A DNA stretch of 64,000 bases from the NCBI GenBank assembly GCA_051294905.1, contig CM119372.1:19656001-19720000 (forward strand), given 5' to 3'. Position numbers and translations under genes: made by a program. Under the pieces are notes generated by a model that was given only the letters and a program-made list of their open reading frames with translations, did not search any database and had not been told where the DNA came from. Shown here piece after piece: positions 24,281-37,965 of the stretch; the first letter of the stretch is position 1, and every line of letters starts with the position of its first letter. The stretch comes from Botryllus schlosseri (lineage: Eukaryota).

Positions 24281-25845
24281 TTGGAATGCGAGGGGTATCG
24301 ACCGGCGATGTCAAAACTAGCGATATATTCTCAATGAAGCCGATGCTAAACAGACCCAAAAGTTCCGATGTCCGACGTGGATGTTCCTTATCGGGATTCG
24401 CGCTGAATCACTTACCAAATTTCGCGTTCATTACCGGAATTCAACTTTGTGTTGTCTGTGATATATCTCAAAGCTTGGCAGATGAAACTCAATCGTCAGG
24501 TATCCACGTTCGAGACAGCCCACTACAAAGCCTACATTGTTATATTTTAAGAGCCTCATCCAGGATATGAGCCTTTAGATCAGAGGTCTCAATCTCAAAT
24601 GTGCTCGCGGGCCAATTTCCGACTTTTTGATGGCGCCGCGGGCCGCAGCACCAATAAAGGGTAATTCAATGTATTTTCAAGTAGGCCATATTTGACGGGA
24701 CCCTGCGAACTCACATTCCACATCCACGCGCATCGTGAAAATGTGATTTACTATTGTGAATTCACGCCTGGCACGACAAAAAGCTTATTTTAAAATATTT
24801 GAATAAAATTGTTGCTGTACTTGGCATTAGTTTGTCAAAATAATTAGCTGTAGACCCTATGCGACAGTATAAATGCATCAGGACATTGTAAAAGCTGTCG
24901 CGTCATAATTTTGCAGCTAGTGGACATTTGACGTTTAATGGAATAGATCGATAACAACTTGAACATAATGAATACTGTGCCGTAGCAGTAGAAATGTGCA
25001 GTGCAATCGCCGAAGAATCCATTGGTGTTACAGGTGAAGCATAGGCTACGACTACTTGGTGATCGCCACATTTACGTGGTGATAATAACATATAAAAAGA
25101 TACCAAAGATGACACAGAATGTAACTAACTATACATTAAAGGGGCAACATAATGCCACTGGCGGTTGCCATACCGACCTGCTTAGATATCTAAATAAGCT
25201 ACGCAACGCAAGCTACGAAATTTTGATCGCGTGTTTGAGACCTCTGCTTTAGATGCCGTATTGCGCTGAATATTATAGGAATTGCAGCCGCATAATATCA
25301 TCGCCAAATTCGCCAAAATGTATTGCAACGAAGAGTCCTGTTTCAAAATCCAGACAAAAGCCACCGTTTGGTGACACTGTCATGTTTCCGGATAGTAGAC
25401 CTATGTTAGGATGCAGTAATTTATCGATGTCGCATATTGCAATATTCGATCTTTCCGGCATTCGAAAACCCTGTACTTGGCAAATATAGCCTCGTATATA
25501 ATTGTATACATTCAGGTAGGCCTACTCTAACGTTACCTTAGAAGTTCATTTCTGCCCTCGCGCCAAATTAAGGATTTTTTATTATCTCATATTTCAACAA
25601 ATTACGCCCGAGTCTAAATATATTATATGCATTTTAACATTGGAATATTGCGTCGATGTGTTTATATGATATCTTTTAAATGTTTCATTTTTATTACAAA
25701 TCTGTTGCGAATAAAGACATCTTGAATGATTTTGAAGAGAGCTTCCGCCTCATTATGTGACTTTCTTGTTTTGTCAGTGAAGAAAATTAACAGCGCGTGA
25801 CAAATGCTGAGAAGACTCTTTATTTTCAGTTGTCGGGTCCCGATG

Positions 25846-28800
25846 TCACTTCACCCCGAAACCTTCCAGGTATTGTATTGCCGGCATTAGGCAATTATAC
25901 CTGTTGGGGCTTCGCACATAACAATTCAGCGTGTGTGTGGCATGAAACCGATTCTCCGCGACGGGTTGAAGTTCAACCTCACCAGTCGTATCACTCTCAC
26001 AAACTATATACCTGCAAACATTATTACCGCATTGAACTTCCCGTTATTGATGTGGGTGTATTATATATGTACAACGTACTGATATATTTCCATGATTGCG
26101 TACGAAATCCTATCATTCCTATAAATTCATGTCCGTAAACACTAAACATGCATCGTCTGCGTAAGAGGAAATAGTTACCTCGTAATTCTAATCTATTAGT
26201 TGTCTTGCTGATGTAGCGGAGCCAACTTTTCTATCACGCCAAAAGTGTTTGGGACCTTCGACCACACAGCGGCAAATTTTCGAGTAGTTTATGGTTCAAA
26301 TATGACTAGCCTGCAACAAATATACCCGAATCGCGGTCATTATGTAGCGTTCCCACTCGCAGATGTATCGCGACTTCTAAAGATTCGGACAGTTATGAAT
26401 ACATTCGCTTGCGAATCGTGGTGTTTCCAGCAACACCCGACCCCGTTCAAGTTCCAACGTTACACACCTGCGTCGTTTTTCCATAATAAAGCAACGTTTA
26501 CAAAATTTGGAGTGCTGAATAATGGAGCTTGGCCGACTCCTTTTGTTGTGGCATAGTAATCAGTAGGAGTCGACAGACAGCGTGTATATACATAAGGTCA
26601 GCACCGAGTGTGCTTGGCTCATGGCAACAAAATCTGAAAGATAAAAATTTCGGGTATGCTGGTTGTGCCCGGAAAAAGAGGTAAGTGTCCTCACTTGAAC
26701 ATCATGCCGACGTGGCATGATGTCACATCCGAAGACATAACGTTGACAGTGCGGCAGACAACGTTACTTGACGATTTCATAAAGCCGTTTCTCCCTGCAT
26801 TGTATCTCAACTGGTGTGGTACTTGGAATGAATGTTCTAATAAAATGATTCTGATTCTGACTGTGCAAATTCTCTATTCCGAATGGTACATTGTGTGATA
26901 TATGAAGCGTGTTATGTACGTAATTCAATACATATTATACTTCTAATGGTGTATTGAATTTCGGTTACACATGATACGGCATGCGGGTTTCTCATTCAAT
27001 TGATAGGAAGAAATATCAGACTTAGCGCGGTATTTCAAATGTACAGCACAATGCAGAAGTTTGACACAACGAAATAAGGTATATCTGGCGATACTTGGCG
27101 AATGAATTACCTAAACGTCATGTTCGCGGTAATGTATTTCATAACTCTAAATTGGATTTTCCAGCAGCGTAGTGATATGACATGTTAATAGAAGTAAGTA
27201 GACAACGAGCCGATATGACGGCCGCCAATGGCCAATGTGCCGAGCCAGCTCCTTCGTCGTATAGTATAAACTTCAGACACAGGCAATTGACGATTCGATT
27301 GCGGGTTCAAGAAGTTGATATTTATCCCAGGCAACGTCCGCTGAGCGCCTGGGTGGTCGAGCATTCCATACATATCTAACCGTTTCGACAATTCTTTTAA
27401 CAATAGGTAATTTTCGGCTTTGGACTAATAGTTTCCGATGTCATGGCAACGTATTGCGCTATAGTATTGAATATCCATACGCTAGGATGCTGCAAATTCA
27501 AAGTGCTTGACAGAAATAACTAATCTCGGGTGAGAGAAATTGTCGAGCAGTTTCTCCTACATCGCCTGAAGTATATCGATGCAACGAAATATCTGATTGA
27601 AACCGCTGAGCAAAATAAGGTACCGCTTACGCTGAAATCACTGCTCACGGACGCACACGCACATGCGGCCAGCGTCGAATATATAATATTAAGTGGCTGG
27701 ACAATATAAAGATGAATAAATAATTGACATATACAGCGATTACTATCGTTCGTTGCTATCGTGCCGGGGACAAAATTCCAAGTATAGCCGAGGTTGTCAG
27801 TAACGAAGTACTTCTACTTTTTCGAAGTAATGAAGTAGTTTCCCTCTACTTGGACTACTTACTCGAGTAAGTCTAATTTTTCACTGCTTCTACTTCGCAG
27901 TAATTTGTAAGTTACTTACTTTTCGCTATTTACAGTTTGTCAAGTAGAAGTATTATTTTCCTCCAATGACAGAGACACAGAAAGAGACTGGCACGGAGAA
28001 ATTTACGGGCTTTAGGTGTTTACGGAGTATCATGAGGAATTTTTATCCTTCCAAGTTAAGTGAAGTACAGAATTTTCATGGTGCTTCGCGCGAGATAGTT
28101 ACGGAGTCACAATTGCGTTTTCACGAAACCGTCCATATAGTTTATATAACGGATTGTGGTTCCATTTACGTCGCATTGTTGCCCATATGGCATGTTTCAT
28201 GACAGGAAATATCTTTCCTAAAAAACGTTTGGAACGATAGGCTTCGTAACCTAGCAACACATGCAACTTCTCCGTATAGCTCTTCGCCTCAGCTACGATT
28301 CTAATGATACGGGAAAGGACATCACTCCATGACATTTCCTGCAACGGCGCACTGTGGTAAACAAAAGTTACGAACCGCTTCTCCATAGCAAAACTATCGT
28401 TTCCGTCATATGGTTTGGACGAATTCTTCTGCTTTGGAAAATGTATACCTCATGGGATGTGGCAGCCCGAGCCCATTTCTTTGGGTCGTCCGCTTAGCTC
28501 GGTGTCTAGCTTTTGACAGTCCATGAGCTGAGGGGTTATTTATTTATATGAATTATTTTCACAACTATACATAGGCTACTTACTTGATTGGATTCAAAGC
28601 CAATATATTATGCTAAAGTAGTTTTAGTTTCTTTTAGAAGATCCACTTGTACTCGTACTTGAATAGCTTTCCTGCCTACTTTGACCATCTCTGAAGTAGG
28701 CCTATATAAGTAAGCCCCATCAGCCCCCTGCCGGTATGTAACGTGGCGGGTTGTGAACGCTGAGATGAGTCAGTGAAACTGCAAAATACTATGACCGTGT

Positions 28801-31800
28801 ATTGATATTCCATATTGCGAAAACTGTACCGCTGACTGATATAGGGATTGAGAGTCAAAATTTAGTTAATTTATAATTTCAATTAGAAGAAAAATATTTA
28901 GATGTTTGGAGTATTCCATGCAAATTTAACAAAATGCAAACAAACTGCAATCTCGCACCTCGTCAGAGACTGGAAATCTCCTGAAATAGCTCCGCGACCC
29001 GCCGGTTGGGAAGCACAGATTTAAAGTATATGATATTCATCATGATGCCTATTTAGTACGCGATTCATTATTAAAAAGAGGGTCGATCAAACTAAAACAG
29101 TTATAGAGCTTTGATGTAGACATTTACATGCATGAGCGTCCAACATGTGGTATATGTATTTCAAATTCTTTCCAAGCCAAAGATTCGTTTTACAGAAGAG
29201 TATGCATGGGATGACATGGTACCTTGCATGAGTGGACCCATATTTTTTGTCTCCATGGAAGTTCCAGGTGTAATGACTCGGCTGCGGCCACCAAAGGGAA
29301 GCAATCCGGAAATTCTTTCTGATTTGCTTGAATGTATTTGAACCGGCATTCAGAATTGAAAAGGCTACATAAAGTCAGAGATGGTACAGTTTCAAATAAC
29401 TTCTACTTTGTCGGAGTACCCAAGTTTCACTTGCCTATAATTGCATTACTTACATAAATAGTTATTTTTATACCGCTTCCTCTTCTACTTGAGCAGTTCT
29501 TTAAGAGAAACTAATTACTTTTTACACTTTGGACTATGAAAAGTATTCTTTTGAAGTAGATTGAAATTCGTAAAAGAAACACGTGAAATAGCCCTGTAGA
29601 ATATTCGAATATTGTATGTAGGCTATTTGTAGTGTCATTGGAGGGTTTGCGTTGGATGCATCTAGAAAATTTCTAACGTAGTCACCTCCGATAAATTGCC
29701 AAAAGTAGGCGCTTCCTCGACCAAATCTACTCTGTAAAGTACCCACTTGAGTACTTTTCTAATTCCACTTGTAGTAGTTTCGGCATGTCTGCGAAATGGC
29801 GACTTATACTGAGTACAAGTTTACGGCGTCATATCTACCTGAGTCGCAACCAGTGTTAGGATGACTCGAGTCATGACTTGAATCGAGTCAGACTCGAGTC
29901 ACCTTTTTCGTATGACTTGACTTGACTCGAGTCCCCTTCTCTATTTTGGCTGGTAACTAAATAAACTGAGGCTATTCACTTTCGTAGTTTAACAGTTCTA
30001 CGAACATGTGAGCGATATACAGCGCCTTCTTGCGTGTAGTTTTTACTCTATATTCGTTCATCGGTTAAGAATCAATGACAAAGCAATATGTATTTCCGAC
30101 ATCTAGCAAAATTCAGTGATGTAATCATGCCTCATACTCCGAAAAAGCAACTTGACTTGAATTGTGACTTGACTCGTGACTTGACTTGACTTGACTCGAC
30201 TTGAATCGAGTCACCTCCAAAAATCAAGTGACTTGACTTGACTCGAGTCACCTTCGAAAATCGATTGACTTGACTTGACTTGCGTCAAAATGTGCAATGA
30301 CTCGAATTGACTCGTGACTCGAAGGTAGTGACTTGATCCCAACACTGGTAGCAACGCTAAACAATTGACCACCTCTGTTGATCATCAACAATGATTACTT
30401 TGACCACATCTGCATAAACGTATATGGCCACTTGGACCGTGTCCATTTGACACATACAATATGCGTGCATTTGAGAGGTTGCCTAAATCCTAAATCACAA
30501 GCCTACTCTTAAAAATCCTATCAATTTCGCAAATTGATAATTGGCTTCAATTAATAACTTCCACAAATCGCTTTACCAATGCCGAATGGCTATCAATAAT
30601 GCACTTCATCAATATTGAACATCAGCTTCAGCGGATTCGTAGTGAATACGCAATTTCCACTCCCAGGCATCTATCGATCTCATATCGGTCATACGAGAAT
30701 CACTCATCTATTCCACTGGATCAGAAGAAATGTTCAAAAGATTCGGTGTCCTAAACATAAAATATATGAGGAAACTAGAAATTGTTTGCCAAGTTATTGC
30801 CAAGCTCATGTATCAGTTCCACTGCGGTCACTGCGCCGAAAACGTCAATGACTTCTTTACCACGGTATAAAAAGTGCATAAATAGGCTACAACACATGCG
30901 CGTCCATGTCGTCCAACTACCATATGGTCGACGTAAAAGATCATCTTTCTATCAAATACGCTAGACCTGCATTGTGGAACAGTATCTCACCGTCACCGGC
31001 TATCCGACAGTCGTCGAGCATATCCCTATAAGTCCCTATTTGTTAAATTGAAATCTTCAAGACTGTCAAGAAATTCCCTATCTCATATATGCCTAGGTGT
31101 GAAACTTTGGAACAACGTACCAACTATCTACCGTACTTTTCCTTATCACTAGCTTAAAGCTCGCTATTGCAAATTTATCTTATCCAAGTACAATGAAAAC
31201 CGTCCTTTCCTAGTGTTGCTGTCTTCTGTTTACTTTTGTTTATTTCGTTACTCGTTGCTGTGCTACTCGACTGAGAGAAGAAATTGATTCATAATATTAT
31301 TAATGCTGCCAAATATGCTTGGGTGACTCCGGCCTAGAAGACTTCGGTCATGTCGGGTCTCCCAGTCTACACCGTGTGGAATATAGTTAGGAAAATAATA
31401 TGTACTATTGAACGTGAATGTTTGTGGACATTGCCTATAGCCCTATACTATATTTCATTGTTGACGATTAAAAGAGTTCTCTCTCTCTCTCTCTCTCTCT
31501 CTCTCCCCATTCAAGTTGAAATACAAACAATTGCTTCTGAATCGACACTAGTCTGCCCCCTTGTTTACGGGACATGACCCTAGTTTACCTCACATATCGA
31601 TCTCGCCTTCCGACACACATGCCACCTTTTTGTCGCCTGTCCTTTTATATCAGGGGTCACCAACACGCGGCCCGCGAGGTCATATTTTGCGGCCCTTGAC
31701 TTGATTTCAGATTTCGGAAGAAAGCTAAGAAAACATTTTGGAATGTTGAAATTGGCGTTCAATGGCCGAAACACTGCCAAGACCGAGGCGCTTAGAAAAC

Positions 31801-33929
31801 AGCTTAAGGCAATGGTTCTGAAAGTGGGGACGCGTCCCCTTGTAGGGGCTTGAAAGCTTTTGAAGGGCGCGCGGAGCTGCGGTCAACTGAATTTTTTCCC
31901 GCGCTCCGCGCGATTTACCTCGATTTCATAGTTATAGTTATTGCTCTGTGAATAGTCCCGAATTCATATTATAGAATTCTCTCATCAACATTCATAACCA
32001 GCCACGCCATAAAACTATCCGTCGGGATTGCTAACAGTATGGGTACATTTTGTGATATGACGATAAGAAGGGGGCGAAATATTTCAGTATCATAAAGGTT
32101 TGAGAACCACTGGCTTAGGGTTTCCCACAAGATCAAGCTTGACGATGAGATGTTCTTTCAGCTATAGTGTCGTATTTCGCTAACCTCCAAAAGCGTTCCC
32201 AGGTATCGTGCACAGCTCAGAGTTCAAAATATAACGAAATTGACGACATTGATCTTTTGTTTCATTTTATTCCTTTATTAAAATATTACTTCTTTTGTGG
32301 TCACTATGTCCATATCGCCTATGTTTGGCAGCACATCGTTGTACTGGCGTAGAGTTTAAAACCGTGGTTGCCTAGACTTTATATCAGTGGTTCCCAACCT
32401 TTTTCGGTGGCAGGGCCAAATTCAGAATTTCCGAGTACGGTCGGGGCCGCACTGATACCATGGCAACGAAATGAACCCAAAATAGTCACCAAAATATGAA
32501 AATTGGCATTGTTCCGATCATTCGCTTGACGCCACTGGCCATTGTGTTGCCGCGCTCCCGTTGTTCAGAACAATCAACCTTTGGTGGCTATTTCGGAGTA
32601 GTTTTATTGCCCTGACGAGATTTCAATTCGTATTTTTGGAATCAGTGCGACACTTGCTTTCGATAAACACCGGCAAATCAAATTATTCGGACGCTTGGGT
32701 CGCGAGCTATAGGACTACCAATTATGCTGCTTTTTGCCGGTTAAGCAGTACGCATCTCGGCGTATTCAATCGTGAGTCACTTGTTGCAAATCTATCCGTA
32801 AATTAGTTATCAATACCCAGGGCCGTAACAGCACTTCGTCAGCCCCCCCAAAAAACGTTGCTCTTGCCCCCCCCCCATAGGGTGATAAACCGATTTTCGA
32901 AGCCCCCCAGACCCCCCTCAGGCTAGACGGCTGTTCACCGCTATTTATCACGAAAAATTTCTATAATTCATGATTGAATCGGTCAATATAATCGGGAATT
33001 GCATATATAATGGTATCAATTTTTATCCTCTCTCTGCTCACGTAATCAGATTGACCGGTTTTCGGTCAGCGTAAGGGCAGTCCTTTTCGGTCAAGGTTTT
33101 CTCGCTGCCGATCGTTCTGGCACACTTCTTGGAGTCGCATGTTACATGGCCTAAAACTTTATATGTCTTCGTGCGTCGTGGCGCGGTAATGGCCAACGCC
33201 GATATGCCTACTTCTATAAATCTTGGGTATTTGATCTTGGTGGAAGAGTACCCAATAATGAAGGTACTTGGAAACTTGAAATCGCGCGCAGTGCGAAAAT
33301 TTTTTGAAATAGTTGCATAAAATTTCTTAAAATACTCTATAATTTATGCTAATTCACTAAATAATTTTAAGCCCCCTTCTAGCTCGCTACCCCCCAATTG
33401 GGGGGCTTGGGGTGCGGCAGTTACGGTCCTGTCAATACCTATATCTATAGCTACATCTATAGGTAGCCCCTACTGCTTGTTCAACTGGAAAGTTAGGACA
33501 CATTGCATTGAAACAGCAGTGACGTAACGTCAGCAGTCTACTCACAACTTTCCTGCAATCCTAATTGAAAACTCTAGACTCCAAGCCAAGCAAGAGTATT
33601 TTATAAATATATATATATTTTCATAAATCGATTTCTCAATATTTTTGTGGGGGCCGCAAGAAGGCTAGATGGGGGCCGCGGTTGGGAATCACTGCTTTAT
33701 ATCAATATTGGATTCATGCGGCCCGCGGCCGCTACGAAATTTGAAAAGTGGCCCGCGACCCGTTTTGAGTTGGCGACCCCTGTTTTATATTATCTTCTTT
33801 TACTTTCATTCAGTGTGCAACCACAGCCACTGCAGTGTGCAGTGCATGCATCCTTTTAATTATTATAGATTACTAACCTTGCCTACTTAGGTACTTTTTG
33901 TGGGTTATAAGACAAAGTGGTGGGTGCAT
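25846..33929 (-). CDS. Tentative 3-exon small gene, head-to-head with MRPL51 (33929-33878, 29364-29223, 26011-25846; 119 aa)
   Basis: Phase-compatible GT-AG junctions (AAG|gttagt, atgtag|, AAG|gtacca, tttgcag|) and AATAAA about 22 nt after the stop. No recognisable homology. Confidence 0.3.
27788..28693. mobile_element. Degenerate hAT element of the AAGTAG family
   Basis: Ends CCGAGGTTGTCAGTAACGAAGTAC...CTACTTTGACCATCTCTG. It is an inverted relative of 4031-5295. Confidence 0.7.
29851..30347. mobile_element. hAT MITE with (GACTT/GACTC)n pentamer arrays
   Basis: TIRs CAGTGTTAGGAT...ATCCCAACACTG and TSD GTCGCAAC/GTAGCAAC (7/8). Confidence 0.87.
31030..31506 (+). mobile_element. Second LINE family 3' remnant with (TC)n tail
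   Basis: CCTAGGTGTGAAACTTTGGAACAAC (LGVKLWNN-type ORF2 end), a 3' UTR and (TC)n at ~31480-31505. The last ~130 bp recur at 40736-40866. Confidence 0.7.
31810..32112. mobile_element. hAT/Charlie-like MITE (nested)
   Basis: Ends CAATGGTTCTGAAA...TTTGAGAACCACTG with TSD GCTTAAGG/GCTTAGGG. Confidence 0.8.
32385..33694. mobile_element. hAT/Charlie-like element (nested)
   Basis: TIRs CAGTGGTTCCCAACC...GGTTGGGAATCACTG and a perfect TSD CTTTATAT. Confidence 0.87.
32818..33431. mobile_element. hAT-type element, CAGGGCCGTAAC family (internally deleted copy)
   Basis: TIRs CAGGGCCGTAAC...GTTACGGTCCTG and a perfect TSD TCAATACC. Relatives at 46502-47470, ~8918-10370, ~47880-48540 (inverted) and ~61660-62028. 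Confidence 0.9.
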
Positions 33930-34191
33930 AGTTTAAAAGCTTGACATTACAGAGAAAAATGATGTCATTTTTGGATTCAGCGCGCGACAGTTAGTCCAAA
34001 TCATCTGTCCTATCGCAGTCAACAAAATTTGTGTTCCCGTTCCATTGTAAAGTATTGCTGAGCTACGCCATTATGCGTAATCCCAAACAAGTATATTTGA
34101 CCGCGTAGTGTCTTCAAGGAGTCGTACGATAGAGAGCAGTCATGCATTGCACGTGAAAGATCGGGATTTCTGAGATTATTGCTGTGTCTGT

Positions 34192-34297
34192 ATGTCAGTA
34201 AAAACAATGACGTCTATGCTGAGGGGGTGCCGACTTATGCAGAGAAAATCTTTCCAGGAATATATAAGATTCTTTTCATGCAACACTAAGTTAGCGG
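34192..34297 (+). CDS. MRPL51: Mitochondrial ribosomal protein L51, exon 1 (transit peptide)
   Basis: MSVKTMTSMLRGCRLMQRKSFQEYIRFFSCNTKLA is basic and targeting-peptide-like. Donor G|gtacgt is phase 1, compatible with exon 2. Confidence 0.65.
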
Positions 34298-35117
34298 GTA
34301 CGTGCGTTCAAACTTTCTACATTCATTTCTTCTTCACGTACTGTCACTTGAAATTATCAATTTTTTCGTGCCGTGCAGTAAGGCTGTTGGTCTGTTTCTG
34401 TTACCACTCAGCATCCGGTGCAACATTTGCTCTGTATTTACTACATGTCCATTTCTCATCCATTCGCGTTATTTTATCATGTGAACCGAATAGGGTTTGA
34501 ATGATGATTATATAATGATAGGTGTTTTGATCTGATCAAATTATAAATGAACTGATACTGTACCATCTGTGAATTGCTCCTTGTCCTCGGAGGTACAGAA
34601 CTTCAATATAAAATTGAGTCGTATATTCGTATTGAAATGAACCCGTATGTTTCTGGCTCGTCAGGGGTAATTGTCAGCAACTAGTAGAGAATAGGAATTT
34701 ACCAGTTGCTGACGATTATCAGCCAAAAATATTCAGGTGTTATTTCAACATGAACATACTATTCAACCTGTGAATTGTGCGTGTCTGGTGCTGACTGTGA
34801 TTGGTTTTCCTTCAATTCAGCTACTGGCTCATGCGTTAGCAGTGTTGGACATATACAAGACAGTTTAATCAGAATTTTTTGTTGTCTGAAAGATTGTCCG
34901 CTCTATTGCACATGCACATAGTGAAAGCATGTTGACAAATGCTGGTTGAGTTGAAATTGCTTTGACAATTGTAATAGTTTTCCCTTTATTACTTCTGTGT
35001 TTAAAATGTATACCCCAAATGCCCATTAGTAAAGTCAATTATTGCATCGAAATGAGGATAGGAGCTGTCAATATTAATAGAACTTTCTTTACTACCGTCT
35101 TTATTAACAAAATTTAG

Positions 35118-35294
35118 GAGACCATAAAGGCAACGTGTATGAATACCGGAAAAGATGGGTGAAAAATGATGACTGGCCAAAGAATAGATATACTGGCAAA
35201 CCATGGGCACCAAATGTACCAATGGAGCAATCAATAGACTTGTGGCGAGAAGATAATTCTTATTTCGGAGCGTATGATTTCATTGATATATTAG
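35118..35294 (+). CDS. MRPL51: Mitochondrial ribosomal protein L51, exon 2
   Basis: Acceptor aatttag|. ...SIDLWREDNSYFGAYDFIDILG matches the mL51 motif D.W.E....FG.YD.I.ILG. Donor G|gtatgt. Confidence 0.88.
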
Positions 35295-35491
35295 GTATGT
35301 ATTATGCGCGCTATCCATTTGCAACTTCTATGTCTGGGACACTTGATGTGCAAGCCTATAGCTATGTTATGCCAATGATATTTTGTTATTTATTATGTAC
35401 AGGGATGGGCAAAATTTACCATGATTTCGAGTAGAGTATTAAGCTTTGGGTATTTGAGTAACATCTATTATTACATCGTAGCAGTAGTAAT

Positions 35492-36480
35492 TAGGGATGG
35501 TGTGAACCTCTGAAAGGTTCGGATTCGTGTGAACGCGAACCTTTTTGAAAGGTTCTGTGTGAACACGAACGTGAACCTCGTGACGTCATATTGCAAATTC
35601 CAACCCTATCTTTCAATGAAGTGATAGCCTATATTAATGTACAGTGTACACGATACCTAGCGAAGACTCGGGCCACATAATGTCGCAGTGCTGAAGTACA
35701 TATTGGCGTTTTAAACGTCGCTAAATGTATCAACCGCGGTTATCAAAGGATATAATAATCTCATAAAATCAATACATTCCGTCGCTTTGCCAACAATTTC
35801 GACGAGGACTTACCATGAAATATAAGCTTACGCCTCAATGGTCTTAGCCAGACCGGACAATGTGTTCGGAGTCTGAGTATTGCTACATTGATGTTGAGCA
35901 GAGTGTAAGACGGGTTTCTATACTCGCTACTGATACCATAAACAACAAGTTATATAGCAGTAGCCAGCACCTTTATCGAACGAATTTGGTTTTAATGATA
36001 CAGTAAAGATATGAAGTCAAGATTGACCCCGTACGCCCGCTCGATATTTTACATCAGAAAACGATATCAATGTCATTGATTGGTTGAATAAGCATCATTC
36101 GCTGACTATACGTATATCGCTCGTGATGTTGTGTGATTGCGGGTCAAGCTCACAGCGGAGAGTCACTAAATATTCAAAACGGAAAGCTGAATATTTCGAG
36201 AAATTTTTGGTAACAAAAAACAAGTAAAACTTTTAAGGTGGTCATAGTGCATGCTCGTTTAGTGTTGATTTTTTATGCTGCAAGCGTCATGCATAGAGTG
36301 ACCCGCAGTTGAAATGCAATAAACTTGAACCAAAGATCTTATAATGAAGTGCAAATAACAATTTACCAAAAAGGTTCACAGTGCAGAACCTACCAAGGTT
36401 CTGTTGTGAACGCGAACCTCTAAATTTCCGAGGTTCACACACAGAACACGAACGTGAACCTCACGTTCACACCATCCCTA
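35492..36480 (+). mobile_element. ~1-kb hAT MITE (GTGAAC family), copy 2
   Basis: TIRs TAGGGATGGTGTGAAC...GTTCACACCATCCCTA and a perfect TSD GTAGTAAT. Lies in MRPL51 intron 2. Confidence 0.92.
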
Positions 36481-37314
36481 GTAGTAATGACTTTGAAAGT
36501 TCAAATATCTATCCTTTGAATGGCCGCAAGAAAATCATTCTATATTTCTTTACCATGATTATTTCATGGTGCTTTGTGACCCGCTGCAGCTTGATCACTA
36601 TGTAACAGAGATGTTGATTCCATGAATATTTGTAGCCTTGTGCAACACTCAATCTTGAAAGTAGCCATCTCTGATTTACTACGAAAGTATGCAATGCCTT
36701 GACCAAGTGTAGTATCCGAACCCATTTGCTTGGGCGCTTTCTACTACATTTGAAGTAGTTTGGACATATCTTGAAAATTGCGACTTGTAACGGTAATTAA
36801 GTACGAATTTTTGGCGTAACTTCTACTTCTACTGGAGTAGTACTGGAGATTTGGTTGAAAGGTCGCCTAATTTAGGAAGACTCAGAAGTTGAGGCTTGAA
36901 GTCAGCTAGTTGTAGCCAGAGGTGATCAGTATAGTCATCATTGCTACTCAAGTAGAGGTAATGCTGTACATTTATACTCAATAGCAATTAGAACAGCTAT
37001 TTGCAAGATATGTCAAAACTACTTCAAGTAGAAGTAAAAAATGAAGCCATTAATTACTTAGTAAAAGACAATATTAGATTACTTTTAATATTGAAAGATG
37101 TATCTTGGTGGCTATAATGCATGACTAGCTGCACTACTAGTTACCTTGGTACATGGGCTATTTCACGTGGTTCTTGTGACAATTTTGCTCATGAAAGTGA
37201 TACAAACTGATGACAAAAATATTTTTCTACTTCTGAAAATAAAAAATATAGAAATAGGTACCGTAGTTTTACATAAAAATATATTTTTCAAGTAGAAATG
37301 GAATTACTCTTAAC

Positions 37315-37720
37315 TAGGGCAAGTTTTTGTTGCAGTTAAATCCGTGAAAAGTTGCATTTATTTTTGACAAAAGTTGCAGTAAAAAGTTGCATTTATTTTT
37401 TCACAAAAGTTGCACCAAAAAACCACATTTTGCTCGGTTGACTAAAAAAAAAGGTCAACTTCCCGGCTCAGCTCCCAAAATACCCGTAAAAGCGTTACTT
37501 CAGTGATGATTTACGGTATCTCAGTCGAATTTGGCCGTGTATTTCACCAAAGTTAAAAATACTTTCATGAAAAATCGAAAAAGTTACAAAATGTTGCAAA
37601 ATGTTGCACTATAAGATTCCTTCAAACAGCTTAAAACAGCATTCTACATATCTTACGAGTATTAAGGAAGCTGCCGGAAGCTGTAAAAAAAAGTTGCAAA
37701 ATTTGCAAAAACTTGCCCTA
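37315..37720. mobile_element. hAT MITE (TTGCA-repeat family)
   Basis: TIRs TAGGGCAAGTTTTTG...CAAAAACTTGCCCTA and a perfect TSD CTCTTAAC. Confidence 0.88.
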
Positions 37721-37965
37721 CTCTTAACTCTAAAACCCAACCACTTGAATAAGTAGTGCAAGTAAGCAAAATCTGACTGTGTACTCGGGAAAAGTAGAAG
37801 TACCTTATTACTGACCATCAATGCCTGCATCATTGCGTTGCTGTTTATTCGGGTAGAAATTACCGCTGCAGTGATAGCTTCCATGTCCACTCCTTTCATT
37901 TGAAATATTGCTCAATTTACGTTATACACTATATCTATCATAGGTAATAATAATTCACATTCCAG

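Larger units (their letters stand above)
31651..33782. mobile_element. hAT/Charlie-like element hosting three nested elements
   Basis: TIRs CAGGGGTCACCAAC...GTTGGCGACCCCTG and a perfect TSD TTTTATAT. Confidence 0.85.
30715..33825 (+). mobile_element. Fragmented LINE 3' end (same family as 8069-10689), interrupted by a second LINE and a hAT nest
   Basis: Segments ~30715-31025, ~31508-31650 and ~33790-33825 are colinear with ~8360-8790 and ~40440-40690. Confidence 0.7.

Noticed and set aside
29223..29364. J-domain resemblance (AFSILN..KQIRKNFRIASLWWPQ)
   Set aside because: There is no HPD motif, and a helix-III-like segment cannot be joined in frame.
29851..30347. CRISPR-like or satellite array
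   Set aside because: Pentamer repeats without spacers, bounded by TIRs and an 8-bp TSD, in a eukaryotic context.
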